Source: an uncultured Erysipelotrichaceae bacterium
Lineage (GTDB): Bacteria > Bacillota_I > Bacilli_A > Erysipelotrichales > Erysipelotrichaceae
Assembly (NCBI GenBank): GCA_964449005.1
Contig: CAYUXU010000001.1
Coordinates: forward strand, 1-35,782
Direction of reading: 5' to 3'
Length of the DNA: 35,782 bases
Part shown: positions 27,285 to 35,782 of the stretch, one piece after another
Layout: each line of letters opens with the position of its first letter
How positions within the stretch are numbered: position 1 is the stretch's first letter
Position numbers and translations under genes: made by a program
The notes under the pieces: model-generated
Database searches by the model: none
Told to the model about the DNA's origin: nothing
Seen by the model: only the letters and a program-made list of their open reading frames with translations

Positions 27285-28241
27285 TTATTTTAAAATTGCT
27301 CTTGCTAAAATACTTTCAGGAATTTCAATATTTAAAAAATCGGCAACAGCTTGACTGACAAATAATTCCGTATCAAGAGATATTTCTACAGGAATTTCTG
27401 CGATAGCTTTCTGATCAATTAAAATTGCTTTTGCCATATTAGCCGCTTGTTTTCCAAGATTTAAGTAACTAATTGAATCTGAGGCTAAAATTCCATGTTC
27501 AAATTGGCCTGCTTCAGCCATGAAAACTGGCACTTTTTTAGTGTTAGCAATAGAAACTACTTGTGGGGTTGCTTTCGCTACCATATTATCGGTAATAATG
27601 TATAAAACATCAGCATCATGAATAATTTGTTCGGTAGTTAAGGCAATTTCACTGGAGAGAGTAATCCCTTTTTTAATTAATTTTAAATCAATGTCTTCAA
27701 TAACAGCTTCGATTTCTTGGATTTGAGACCAACTGTTATCTTCACCAGTATTAAATATAACTCCAACATTAACTACTTCAGGCAAGAATTCTTTAATTAA
27801 GGCCAATTGCTTATTGATTGGGACGATATCACTAATTCCCGTTACTCTTCCTTCTGGTTGATTCGGATTAGCTACTAAGCCCGCTAATACTGGATCAGTG
27901 ACTGCATTAAAGATAATGGGAATATCACTATCCATGGTAGCATTAACTGCCGCTTGTGCCGCTGGAGTGGCAATTGCATAAATTAAGTCAACTTGATCAG
28001 CCACCATTTGGCTAATAATCATATCAGCATTGGAACTTTCATCAAAAGCGTTTTTGTCAATAATATTAATTTGTTTATCGATCCCTAATTCTTTTAAACC
28101 TAAAATAAAACCTTCTTTGGCATCATTTAATGCTGGGTGATCCGCCCAATTAATAATACCAATCGTTAATTTATCTTCATCTTTAACACTACAACCCACT
28201 AATAGCCCAATCGCCATTAATACAACTAATAACTTCTTCAT
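27285..28241 (-). CDS. ABC transporter substrate-binding lipoprotein (COG2984 / ABC_sub_bind-like family)
   Basis: Signal peptide with lipobox LLVGC. A periplasmic-binding-protein fold pattern follows (IGIINWADHPALNDAKEGF...IYAIATPAAQAA...VPVFMAEAG), resembling the uncharacterised SBP family that includes the predicted TrpX-type binding proteins. Confidence 0.8.
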   Translation of the reverse strand: MKKLLVVLMAIGLLVGCSVKDEDKLTIGIINWADHPALNDAKEGFILGLKELGIDKQINIIDKNAFDESSNADMIISQMVADQVDLIYAIATPAAQAAVNATMDSDIPIIFNAVTDPVLAGLVANPNQPEGRVTGISDIVPINKQLALIKEFLPEVVNVGVIFNTGEDNSWSQIQEIEAVIEDIDLKLIKKGITLSSEIALTTEQIIHDADVLYIITDNMVAKATPQVVSIANTKKVPVFMAEAGQFEHGILASDSISYLNLGKQAANMAKAILIDQKAIAEIPVEISLDTELFVSQAVADFLNIEIPESILARAILK

Positions 28242-28448
28242 AATATTCTCCTCCTAAATGAAAAAAGCTCTGGGATTATCCACAAAGCTCTTATTAAAAG
28301 TTATCTCAATATGTCGGAAGCTTGTGGATTACCATCAAAAAACAGTTAATATCCACAAGAGTAGTTATTAACTTATTTAATTAGATAGTAATAGTAGCCT
28401 CCCACTATAAATTGAATCTGGTTAATATCTTTCATCAATTTCCACCTT
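28242..28448 (-). promoter_or_regulatory. Transcription attenuator leader, probably a divergent T-box, controlling the ABC importer operon
   Basis: Minus-strand elements: K-turn-like TTGATGAAAGA (plus 28428-28438), and distal-loop-like ATAGTGGGAGGCTA (28395-28408). TTTGATGGTAATCCACAAG (28321-28339) resembles the T-box sequence of the serS leader. The terminator GAGCTTTGTGGA-TAA-TCCCAGAGCTT plus T6 lies at 28261-28292, followed by SD AGGAGGAG and the ATG. Confidence 0.55.
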
Positions 28449-28454
28449 TTTCAT

Positions 28455-28483
28455 ATCTTAACAAGAAATCTGGTTCTTTTCAA
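28455..28483 (-). promoter_or_regulatory. Promoter of the ABC importer operon
   Basis: The minus strand reads TTGAAA (28483-28478), 17-nt spacer, TAAGAT (28460-28455). Confidence 0.55.
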
Positions 28484-28629
28484 GACTTATTTACATTATT
28501 TTGAAATTATTTCATTTAGTTTGCTTTATTTTCATTTAATTATTAGGAAAGGAGGTTGCCTCAACCATTTATTGGTGTTTATATTTTATCTCTTTTAAAA
28601 AAGTGATAGAATAGTTAAGAGGTGTTTTT

Positions 28630-29121
28630 ATGTATCGAATTGGACAAGCCACTGATATTCATCAATTAGTAAAAAATCGTCCCTTAGTTATAGGAGGAGT
28701 TGAAATCCCTTTTGAGTTTGGGCTTTTAGGCCACTCTGATGCTGATGTTTTAACTCACGTCATAATTGATGCGATTATTGGGGCTTTAGGATTAGGGGAT
28801 ATTGGAAGTCATTTTCCTGACACTGATTTGAAATATAAAAATATCTCATCTTTAAAACTGCTTGAGGCAACTTTTTTACTATTGGAGCAAGCAAACTATC
28901 AAGTTAATAATCTTGATTGTACGGTTTTATTAGAAGAACCACTTTTGGCTCCATATATTTCAAAAATGCGTCAAGTTATTGCCACTATTTTAAAAACTGA
29001 TCCTTCATTAATTAACATCAAAGCGACTCGTGGCGAAAAATTAGGCTTTGTCGGTCGTCAAGAAGGAATTGTCGCTCAAGCAATTGTCTTATTAGAAAGG
29101 AAATCAAATGAAAAGAGTTAG
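28630..29121 (+). CDS. ispF: 2-C-methyl-D-erythritol 2,4-cyclodiphosphate synthase
   Basis: 163 aa with [22 protein letters not shown] and [10 protein letters not shown], which are IspF metal and substrate motifs. An extended -10 TGATAGAAT lies at 28604-28612. Confidence 0.93.
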   Translation: MYRIGQATDIHQLVKNRPLVIGGVEIPFEFGLLGHSDADVLTHVIIDAIIGALGLGDIGSHFPDTDLKYKNISSLKLLEATFLLLEQANYQVNNLDCTVLLEEPLLAPYISKMRQVIATILKTDPSLINIKATRGEKLGFVGRQEGIVAQAIVLLERKSNEKS

Positions 29122-30544
29122 AGTTCGTTATGCACCTAGTCCGACCGGACATTTACATATTGGGAATGCTCGAACTGCATTATTCAATTATTTATTTGCG
29201 AAACATTACCAAGGTGATTTTATATTAAGAATCGAAGATACCGATATTGAAAGAAATGTTGCTGGTGGTGAGGAGTCACAGCTCTATTATTTAAATTGGC
29301 TTGGAATTGATCCAGATGAATCACCAGTTAAACCAAATCCGAAATATGCTCCTTATCGGCAAATGGAAAGATTAGATTATTATAAACAAATTGCCGATCA
29401 ATTGTTAAAGCAAAAAGACGCATATAAATGTTTTTGTACGCCTGAAGAACTAGAAGAAGATTATAATCGTCAAAAGGCCGCTGGCTATGCATCAACTCGT
29501 TACAGTGGCAAATGTCGTCACTTAACCCCAGAACAAGTCGCCAGCAAAGAAGCAGCTGGCTTAAGTTACGTAATTAGAGTAAAAGTTCCTGAAGATACTT
29601 CTTATATCTTTAGTGATTTAATTCGTGGGGAAGTTCAATTTGAATCAAAAGATATTGGAGATTGGGTTTTAGTAAAGAGTAATGGTATTCCAACCTATAA
29701 CTTTGCGGTAGTGGTTGATGATCATTATATGGATATTAGCCATGTTTTTCGTGGTGAAGAACATCTTAGTAATACCCCAAAACAATTAATGCTATATCAA
29801 ATGTTAAATTGGGATGCACCAATTTTTGCTCATATGACTTTAATCGTTAATGAACAACATCGAAAACTCTCAAAACGTGATAACACGATTATGCAGTTTA
29901 TGAGTCAATATAAAGAAAAAGGTTACTTACCCGAAGCAATGTTCAATTTTATGGCTTTACTTGGTTGGTCGCCAGAAGGGGAGCAAGAAATTTTTACTCC
30001 TTTAGAGTTAGTTGAGATTTTTGATGAAAAACGACTTTCTAAGTCACCTTCGATGTTTGATAAAAATAAACTCACTTGGATTAATAACCGTTATTTAAAA
30101 AATCTTCCGCTAGAAGAGCTTTATGACTTAACTCTACCATTTTTACATGCAGCTTATCCTGATTCAAATCTAGATATCAATTGGCAAAAAGACTTAATTA
30201 ATCTTTACCAAGATCAATTATCTTATGGTGCCGAAATTGTTGAGTTATCAGAATTATTTTTTAAGGACTTTTCAGTTACTGATGATGCTTTAGAAATTTA
30301 TCAAGCTGATAGTACCAAAATAGTAAAAGCTGAATTTTTAAATCAAATCAAAACTCATGAAAAATGGACCAGAGAAAACTTAAAATCAGCCTTAGAAAAT
30401 ACCAAAAATAATACTACAATCAAAGGTAAACCCTTATTTATGGGTTTAAGAGTCGCTATTACTGGTCAACTCCATGGACCAGATTTAATTAATACTATTT
30501 ATTTAATTGGTAAAGATGCCGTAAGTGATCGTTTATCAAGATAG
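29108..30544 (+). CDS. gltX: Glutamate--tRNA ligase
   Basis: [24 protein letters not shown] (HIGH) and KLSKR (KMSKS). It overlaps the ispF end by 14 nt, and ispF-gltX adjacency is typical. Confidence 0.95.
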   Translation: MKRVRVRYAPSPTGHLHIGNARTALFNYLFAKHYQGDFILRIEDTDIERNVAGGEESQLYYLNWLGIDPDESPVKPNPKYAPYRQMERLDYYKQIADQLLKQKDAYKCFCTPEELEEDYNRQKAAGYASTRYSGKCRHLTPEQVASKEAAGLSYVIRVKVPEDTSYIFSDLIRGEVQFESKDIGDWVLVKSNGIPTYNFAVVVDDHYMDISHVFRGEEHLSNTPKQLMLYQMLNWDAPIFAHMTLIVNEQHRKLSKRDNTIMQFMSQYKEKGYLPEAMFNFMALLGWSPEGEQEIFTPLELVEIFDEKRLSKSPSMFDKNKLTWINNRYLKNLPLEELYDLTLPFLHAAYPDSNLDINWQKDLINLYQDQLSYGAEIVELSELFFKDFSVTDDALEIYQADSTKIVKAEFLNQIKTHEKWTRENLKSALENTKNNTTIKGKPLFMGLRVAITGQLHGPDLINTIYLIGKDAVSDRLSR

Positions 30545-30555
30545 AAAGGAATCAT

Positions 30556-32349
30556 ATGTCAAAATTACCTATTAGAAGTGAGGTCCCCATCCAAGACACT
30601 TGGGATCTTACTACCATTTTCCCGACTGATGAGGCTTGGGAAAAAGAATTAGTTAGTTTAAAAGCTGATTACGCTGCGATAACTAAATTTCAAGGACAAC
30701 TCTTAACGAGTGCTGCTACTTTAGAGGAAGCCTTAAAACTTTATGAAGATTTAGTGTTACGACTAAATCATCTTTATGTTTATGCTCATCTTAGTCTCGA
30801 TACAGATACCGCTAATCCCCATTATCAAGGTTACTTAAGTCAAGTTACTAGCGTCGCAGCTGAAGTCAGCGCTGCCTTAGTCTTTATTAAAACTGAGTTA
30901 ATGGCTAGTGATGAAGCTCTTGTCTTTCAGTATTTAAAAGAAAATCAGAATTTATCACTTTATGAACATTTTTTCAAAGAATTATTTCAACATCGTGATC
31001 ATATTCTTTCTTTAGAGATTGAAACCGTCTTAGCTCAAGCTTCTGAAGTTATGGGAACTGCAAGCGAAGTGTTTAGTACTTTAAACAATGCTGATCTCCG
31101 CTTTGGAACTATAAAAGATGAATCTGGTAATGAGGTGGAATTATCCCATGGTCGTTATGGTGTCTTTATGGAAAGCTTAAAACGTGACGTGAGAAAAGAT
31201 GCTTTCAAGACACTTTATTTAGCTTATCAAAATCACATTAATACTTTTGCGACTACTTTAAGAGGGCAAGTTAAAAATCATAACTTAAATGCCCGACTTC
31301 GAAAATATCCTTCCGCCCGAGCAGCCGCCTTAGCAAATAATTTTATTCCTGAAACGGTTTATGATGCGTTAGTTTCTGCGGTAAATCAAGGTTTGCCACT
31401 GTTACATCGTTATGTTGCTTTAAGAAAAAAATCACTTAAAGTAGATGAAATGAGAATGTATGATATGTATGTTCCTTTTGTAGAACCAATTGATTTAAAG
31501 TTTACTTATCAAGAAGCTCAAGAAATTATTTTAGAAGCATTAGGTGTTTTAGGAAAAGATTACTATGATTTATTAAAGATGGCCTTTGAGAAGCGTTGGA
31601 TTGATGTTATTGAAAATCAAGGAAAACGGAGTGGAGCTTATTCTTCAGGTACTTATGGTACCAATCCTTATATTTTATTAAACTGGAATAATACTTTAGA
31701 CAATGTTTTCACTTTAGCTCATGAATTAGGCCATAGCGTTCATAGTTACTATACCCGGGCTAGTCAACCTTTTGTTTATGGTGACTATTCGATTTTCTTG
31801 GCGGAAGTTGCTTCAACTACTAACGAAAACTTATTAACTGATTATTTATTAAAAAAATATTCTGACCCAAAAATTCAAGCTTATATTATTAACCATTTCT
31901 TAGATGGCTTTAAAGGAACTGTCTTCCGTCAAACTCAATTTGCGGAATTTGAACATTTAATTCATACTTTAGATCAAGAAGGGATAGCTTTAACCCCAGA
32001 TTTATTAAGTAAACATTATGGTGAGATTAATGCAAAATATTACGGACCTGAAATGGTTTATGATGATGAAATAAGCATTGAATGGTCAAGAATTCCCCAT
32101 TTTTATTATAATTATTATGTTTATCAATATGCGACTGGTTTTAGTGCTGCTTCGGCCCTTAGTAAAAAGATTTTAGAAGAAGGCCAACCAGCGATTGATG
32201 CTTATTTTGATTTCTTAAAAGCTGGTAGTTCTGATTACCCGATTGATGTTTTGAAAAAAGCCGGCGTTGATATGAGTAGTAATCAAGCCACCAAAGATGC
32301 TTTAGAAGTCTTTGAAATGTATTTAGAAAAATTAGAGGAATTAGATTAG
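30556..32349 (+). CDS. pepF: Oligoendopeptidase F (M3B metallopeptidase)
   Basis: 597 aa with zinc motif HELGHSVH, a downstream glutamate in the FLAEVAST segment, and overall M3B length. Confidence 0.9.
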   Translation: MSKLPIRSEVPIQDTWDLTTIFPTDEAWEKELVSLKADYAAITKFQGQLLTSAATLEEALKLYEDLVLRLNHLYVYAHLSLDTDTANPHYQGYLSQVTSVAAEVSAALVFIKTELMASDEALVFQYLKENQNLSLYEHFFKELFQHRDHILSLEIETVLAQASEVMGTASEVFSTLNNADLRFGTIKDESGNEVELSHGRYGVFMESLKRDVRKDAFKTLYLAYQNHINTFATTLRGQVKNHNLNARLRKYPSARAAALANNFIPETVYDALVSAVNQGLPLLHRYVALRKKSLKVDEMRMYDMYVPFVEPIDLKFTYQEAQEIILEALGVLGKDYYDLLKMAFEKRWIDVIENQGKRSGAYSSGTYGTNPYILLNWNNTLDNVFTLAHELGHSVHSYYTRASQPFVYGDYSIFLAEVASTTNENLLTDYLLKKYSDPKIQAYIINHFLDGFKGTVFRQTQFAEFEHLIHTLDQEGIALTPDLLSKHYGEINAKYYGPEMVYDDEISIEWSRIPHFYYNYYVYQYATGFSAASALSKKILEEGQPAIDAYFDFLKAGSSDYPIDVLKKAGVDMSSNQATKDALEVFEMYLEKLEELD

Positions 32350-32358
32350 GAGATTTAT

Positions 32359-33945
32359 ATGATTGAAAGAAAACCGGTAGTTTTAGTTGTGATGGATGGA
32401 GTTGGTTTAAGCGAAACGACTTTAGGAAATGCCGTCGCTAATGCTTATAAACCAACTTTTGATTGGTTAAGCAAAAATTGTGCTTATACTGAAATTAATG
32501 CCCATGGTACTTATGTTGGTTTACCAAGTGATGATGACATGGGGAATTCGGAAGTTGGTCACAATGCGATTGGCTGTGGTCAAGTTTATAGCCAAGGCGC
32601 GAAACTAGTTAATGAATCGATTGCTAGTAAGGCCATTTATAACACTGATGTTTGGAAGGATACCGTCGATTATGTTAAAGATTCGACCTTACATTTTATT
32701 GGGCTACTTTCTGATGGCAATGTCCATTCGCACATTAACCATTTATTAGATTTAGTCAAAAATGCTAAACTTTCAGGAATTAAACGAGTTCGTATCCACA
32801 CCTTACTTGATGGAAGAGACGTTCCAGAAACTTCGGGATTAATTTATATTAAACAATTAGAAGACTTATTAGCGGAATTAAATGATGATACTTTTGATGG
32901 TAAAATTGCAAGTGGTGGTGGTCGGATGTATATCACAATGGACCGCTATGAAGCTGAGTGGGACATGGTAAAACGTGGTTGGTATGCTCACGTTTTAGGA
33001 GAAGGTCGAACTTTTGCTAGCGCTAGTGAAGCTATCGAAACATATCGTGAAGAATTAAATTGCTCAGATCAAAACTTGCCAGAATTTGTGATTATTGAAG
33101 ATGGAAAACCGGTTGGAACGATTGAAGACCACGACGCAGTCATTCTCTTTAACTTTAGAGGAGATCGTGCTTTAGAATTAACAAGAGCTTTTGAAGCCAA
33201 GCAATTTGATAAATTTGATCGCAAACGATATCCTGAAGTTCGCTATGTTGGAATGCTGCAATATGATGGTGATTTAAAAATCCCAGAACTTTTCTTAGTT
33301 CAACCACCCCGGATTAAAAATACCCTTTCTGAAACCTTAGTCGCTAAAGGGCTTAACCAATATGCTATTAGTGAAACTCAAAAATTTGGTCATGTTACTT
33401 ATTTTTGGAATGGTAACCGTAGTGAAAAATTTGATAATGAGTTAGAGACTTGGGTTGAAATTAAATCTGATTTAGTCCCCTTTGATGAAAGACCTTGGAT
33501 GAAAGCCGCTGAAATTACTGATAATTTAATTGAAGCTATTAAATCAAAAAAATATGATTTCTTAAGAGCAAATTTCCCAAATGGCGACATGGTTGGTCAT
33601 ACTGGTAATTACCAAGCCACTTTAATTAGCGTTGAAGCTGTCGATTTAATGCTAACTCGGCTAGTTGAAGTTGCAAAAAAAGAAAATGTTACTTTAATCG
33701 TTACTGCTGATCATGGCAATGCCGATGAAATGTATGAAAAAAGAAAAGACGAAAATGAGCCACTTCGTCCCAAAACAAGTCATACTTTAAATAAAGTTCC
33801 CTTTATTGTTTATAACAATGATGTTTGTTTAAAACGTGGTGACTATGGTTTAAGTAATATTGCCGCAACAGTCGCTCAGTTACTTGACGTAAAGCCTCAC
33901 CCAGATTGGAATGAAAGTTTAATTGATAATACAAAAAAAGACTGA
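32359..33945 (+). CDS. gpmI: 2,3-bisphosphoglycerate-independent phosphoglycerate mutase
   Basis: 528 aa with VVMDGVGLS, GNSEVGHNAIGCG and TADHGNAD, motifs of the iPGM alkaline-phosphatase superfamily. Confidence 0.93.
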   Translation: MIERKPVVLVVMDGVGLSETTLGNAVANAYKPTFDWLSKNCAYTEINAHGTYVGLPSDDDMGNSEVGHNAIGCGQVYSQGAKLVNESIASKAIYNTDVWKDTVDYVKDSTLHFIGLLSDGNVHSHINHLLDLVKNAKLSGIKRVRIHTLLDGRDVPETSGLIYIKQLEDLLAELNDDTFDGKIASGGGRMYITMDRYEAEWDMVKRGWYAHVLGEGRTFASASEAIETYREELNCSDQNLPEFVIIEDGKPVGTIEDHDAVILFNFRGDRALELTRAFEAKQFDKFDRKRYPEVRYVGMLQYDGDLKIPELFLVQPPRIKNTLSETLVAKGLNQYAISETQKFGHVTYFWNGNRSEKFDNELETWVEIKSDLVPFDERPWMKAAEITDNLIEAIKSKKYDFLRANFPNGDMVGHTGNYQATLISVEAVDLMLTRLVEVAKKENVTLIVTADHGNADEMYEKRKDENEPLRPKTSHTLNKVPFIVYNNDVCLKRGDYGLSNIAATVAQLLDVKPHPDWNESLIDNTKKD

Positions 33946-33964
33946 ATTTAATTTAGTCTTTTTT
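33934..33964. terminator. Putative bidirectional hairpin built from the last codons of the convergent gpmI and gyrA genes
   Basis: AAAAAAGACT (33934-33943) pairs with AGTCTTTTTT (33955-33964), with an 11-nt loop. The two stop codons are only 2 nt apart. The stem is A/U-rich, so the call is weak. Confidence 0.4.
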
Positions 33965-35782
33965 CTTCCTCAATATTTTCAGTTTCTATCTCAGCGAGCT
34001 TATCGATTGTTTCAATTTCTGCTTCATCATCTAGTTCGTCATCCTCACTATCAACAATCGCAACCGCCGCAACTGATGTCTCTTCTTTCAAGTTAATTAA
34101 TTTAACACCTTGCGTAGTTCGACCATAAGTCGCGACATCTTCTAAAGATATCCTAATTACGATTCCTTCATCAGTAATAATTAAGAGATCTTCATCTCCT
34201 TCGACAGCTCTGAGGGCAACCAGTTTACCGTTCCGTTCGGTAACGTTAATAGAGATAACTCCTTTAGCTCCCCGCTTAGTTAAACGATATTCGGATAAAG
34301 AAGTCTTTTTCCCATAACCATTTTCAGTAATTGATAAAATAAATTGTCCCGCTTTATCAGTGGCTACACCTACGACCTCGCTGCCATCTAAGTTAAAGCC
34401 CCGGACACCCATTGCGGTTCTTCCCATTGGGCGAACATCTTGTTCATTAAAACGGACTGCTTTACCATTTGATGCTCCAATAATAATTTCATCATTACCA
34501 TCAGTTTGACGAACTGCCATTAATTCATCATCATCTTTTAACATAATAGCGATTTTCCCAGTTTGACGAATTGAATCAAATTCATTACTAGCCACCCGTT
34601 TTACGGTACCGTATTTTGTAACAAAGAAGAAAAACTTAGTTGATTCATTATGAGGTAGCATCGCTTGAACGTGCTCATTTTTATCTAAAGCTAATAGATT
34701 TACGACAGGAACCCCTTTCGCAATTCGAGAAGCTAATGGGACTTGGTATCCTTTAATACGATACACTTTTCCAAAATTGGTAAAGAGTAGTAAATAGTCG
34801 TGGGTTGACATCTTTAAAAACATATCAACAATATCATCTTGATGAACGCTCATTCCTTTAATTCCACGGCCACCTCGATTTTGAAGACGATATGTATCAG
34901 TCAGGATACGTTTGATATAACCATTTTGAGTCATAGTAATAAAGATGTCTTCAATTGGAATTAAATCTTCATCTTCAACATCTAATTCACCTTCAATAAT
35001 CTCTGTACGACGGACATCACCATATTTACTTTGCATCGCTAGTAAATCAATTTTAATAATTTCTAGGACGCGCTCTGGGTTAGCTAGAATATCTTGATAA
35101 TCAGCAATCATGACAAGTAGATTCTGGTATTCTTCTTCAATTCTCTCACGTTGTAAACCGGTTAAACGTCTAAACTGCATATCTAAGATGGCTTTAGCTT
35201 GAATTTCAGATAAATTAAACTGTTCCATCAAGCGATTGTGTGCTTCTTTATCATCACTTGAACTACGGATTAATGCCAAGATCTCATCAATATGGTCTAA
35301 GGCAATTTTTAAGCCGGCCAAAATATGAGCTCGCTCTTCAGCTTTCTTTAAATCAAAGCTAGTATAACGTCTCACAACATCAATTTGGTGCTCAACATAA
35401 TAATCAATTTGTTGACGTAAGTTTAAAAGCATCGGGGTATTTTCAACCAAAGCTAAGTTATTAACCCCAAAGGTAACTTGTAAGGCAGTCATTCGATAAA
35501 GTTGGTTTAAAATAACTTCTTCTTGAACATCTTTTCTTAATTCGATAATAATTTTAATGCCTTCTCGATTCGATTCATCACGTAAATCGGTGATTCCTTC
35601 AATCACTTTATCACGAACTAAATTAGCAATTTTCTCAATTAAATTAGATTTGTTGACTTGATAAGGAATCTCAGTAACCACAATATTAATTTTGCCATTA
35701 TCTAAAGTTTCAAAATGAGTTTTTGCCCGACAAATAATTGAGCCACGTCCCGTTTCAAAAGCTTGTTTAATACTAGAGCGAC
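33948..35782 (-). CDS. gyrA: DNA gyrase subunit A, C-terminal two thirds (the ORF continues beyond the right edge)
   Basis: The frame is open to position 35782. It includes the tower/coiled-coil region, a beta-pinwheel CTD with the GyrA box QNRGGRGIKG, and an acidic tail DSEDDELDDEAEIE. The GyrA box argues for GyrA over ParC. Confidence 0.9.
   Translation of the reverse strand, partial: RSSIKQAFETGRGSIICRAKTHFETLDNGKINIVVTEIPYQVNKSNLIEKIANLVRDKVIEGITDLRDESNREGIKIIIELRKDVQEEVILNQLYRMTALQVTFGVNNLALVENTPMLLNLRQQIDYYVEHQIDVVRRYTSFDLKKAEERAHILAGLKIALDHIDEILALIRSSSDDKEAHNRLMEQFNLSEIQAKAILDMQFRRLTGLQRERIEEEYQNLLVMIADYQDILANPERVLEIIKIDLLAMQSKYGDVRRTEIIEGELDVEDEDLIPIEDIFITMTQNGYIKRILTDTYRLQNRGGRGIKGMSVHQDDIVDMFLKMSTHDYLLLFTNFGKVYRIKGYQVPLASRIAKGVPVVNLLALDKNEHVQAMLPHNESTKFFFFVTKYGTVKRVASNEFDSIRQTGKIAIMLKDDDELMAVRQTDGNDEIIIGASNGKAVRFNEQDVRPMGRTAMGVRGFNLDGSEVVGVATDKAGQFILSITENGYGKKTSLSEYRLTKRGAKGVISINVTERNGKLVALRAVEGDEDLLIITDEGIVIRISLEDVATYGRTTQGVKLINLKEETSVAAVAIVDSEDDELDDEAEIETIDKLAEIETENIEEEKRLN

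Noticed and set aside
28544-28603. Strong SD-like AGGAAAGGAGG followed by a possible 16-codon TTG mini-ORF (MPQPFIGVYILSLLKK)
   Set aside because: The TTG directly abuts the GGAGG core (spacing about 0 nt) and no ATG lies within reach. The segment also forms a small hairpin (GGTTG-CCT-CAACC). There is not enough evidence to call a peptide gene.
1-35782. Search for CRISPR repeats, IS or transposon ends, integrases, phage genes, tRNA/rRNA genes and UGA-as-Trp recoding
   Set aside because: No regularly spaced repeats, no transposase- or integrase-like ORFs and no cloverleaf-sized intergenic gaps were found. TGA terminates several well-defined genes (for example gpmI and the ABC ATPase), so code 4 is excluded.

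Overview
Low-G+C, very tightly packed chromosomal segment of a Bacillota-type bacterium. The assignment rests on three things. It uses the standard genetic code, with TGA as a stop at 20483-20485 and 33943-33945, so it is not a code-4 mycoplasma. It has T-box leaders. It shows Bacillus-like synteny (tmk-holB-ricT-rsmI, SRP RNA/tadA-dnaX-recR, ispF-gltX). I call 34 protein-coding genes (two cut by the window edges), one small SRP RNA, one textbook serS T-box leader, one second T-box-like attenuator in front of an ABC importer operon, and several promoters and terminators. The content is overwhelmingly core housekeeping. It covers replication and repair (holB, dnaX, recR, rarA, gyrA), translation (serS, gltX, tadA, rsmI, ychF), one-carbon metabolism (fhs, folD), nucleotide and cofactor metabolism (tmk, nadK, ispF), glycolysis (gpmI) and the cell envelope (FtsW/RodA, a MurT/GatD-like pair). 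I see no rRNA or tRNA genes, no CRISPR array, no transposase, integrase or phage genes, and no recognisable defence or toxin-antitoxin module. I do not find a convincing self-contained novel multi-gene system. Four loci are the most unusual. (1) A MurT/GatD-like pair whose GatD-like subunit contains no cysteine at all, so it cannot be a Cys-nucleophile glutaminase. (2) A phosphocholine (lic) decoration cluster whose LicD gene is translationally coupled to rsmI; it also contains a three-domain wHTH + LicC + LicA fusion. (3) A PTS EIICB homologue with its catalytic motifs eroded. (4) A T-box-like attenuator carrying three copies of a mutually exclusive pairing segment upstream of an ABC importer of unknown substrate. 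All domain and family calls come from reading the translations and from remembered family motifs. No database search was run.
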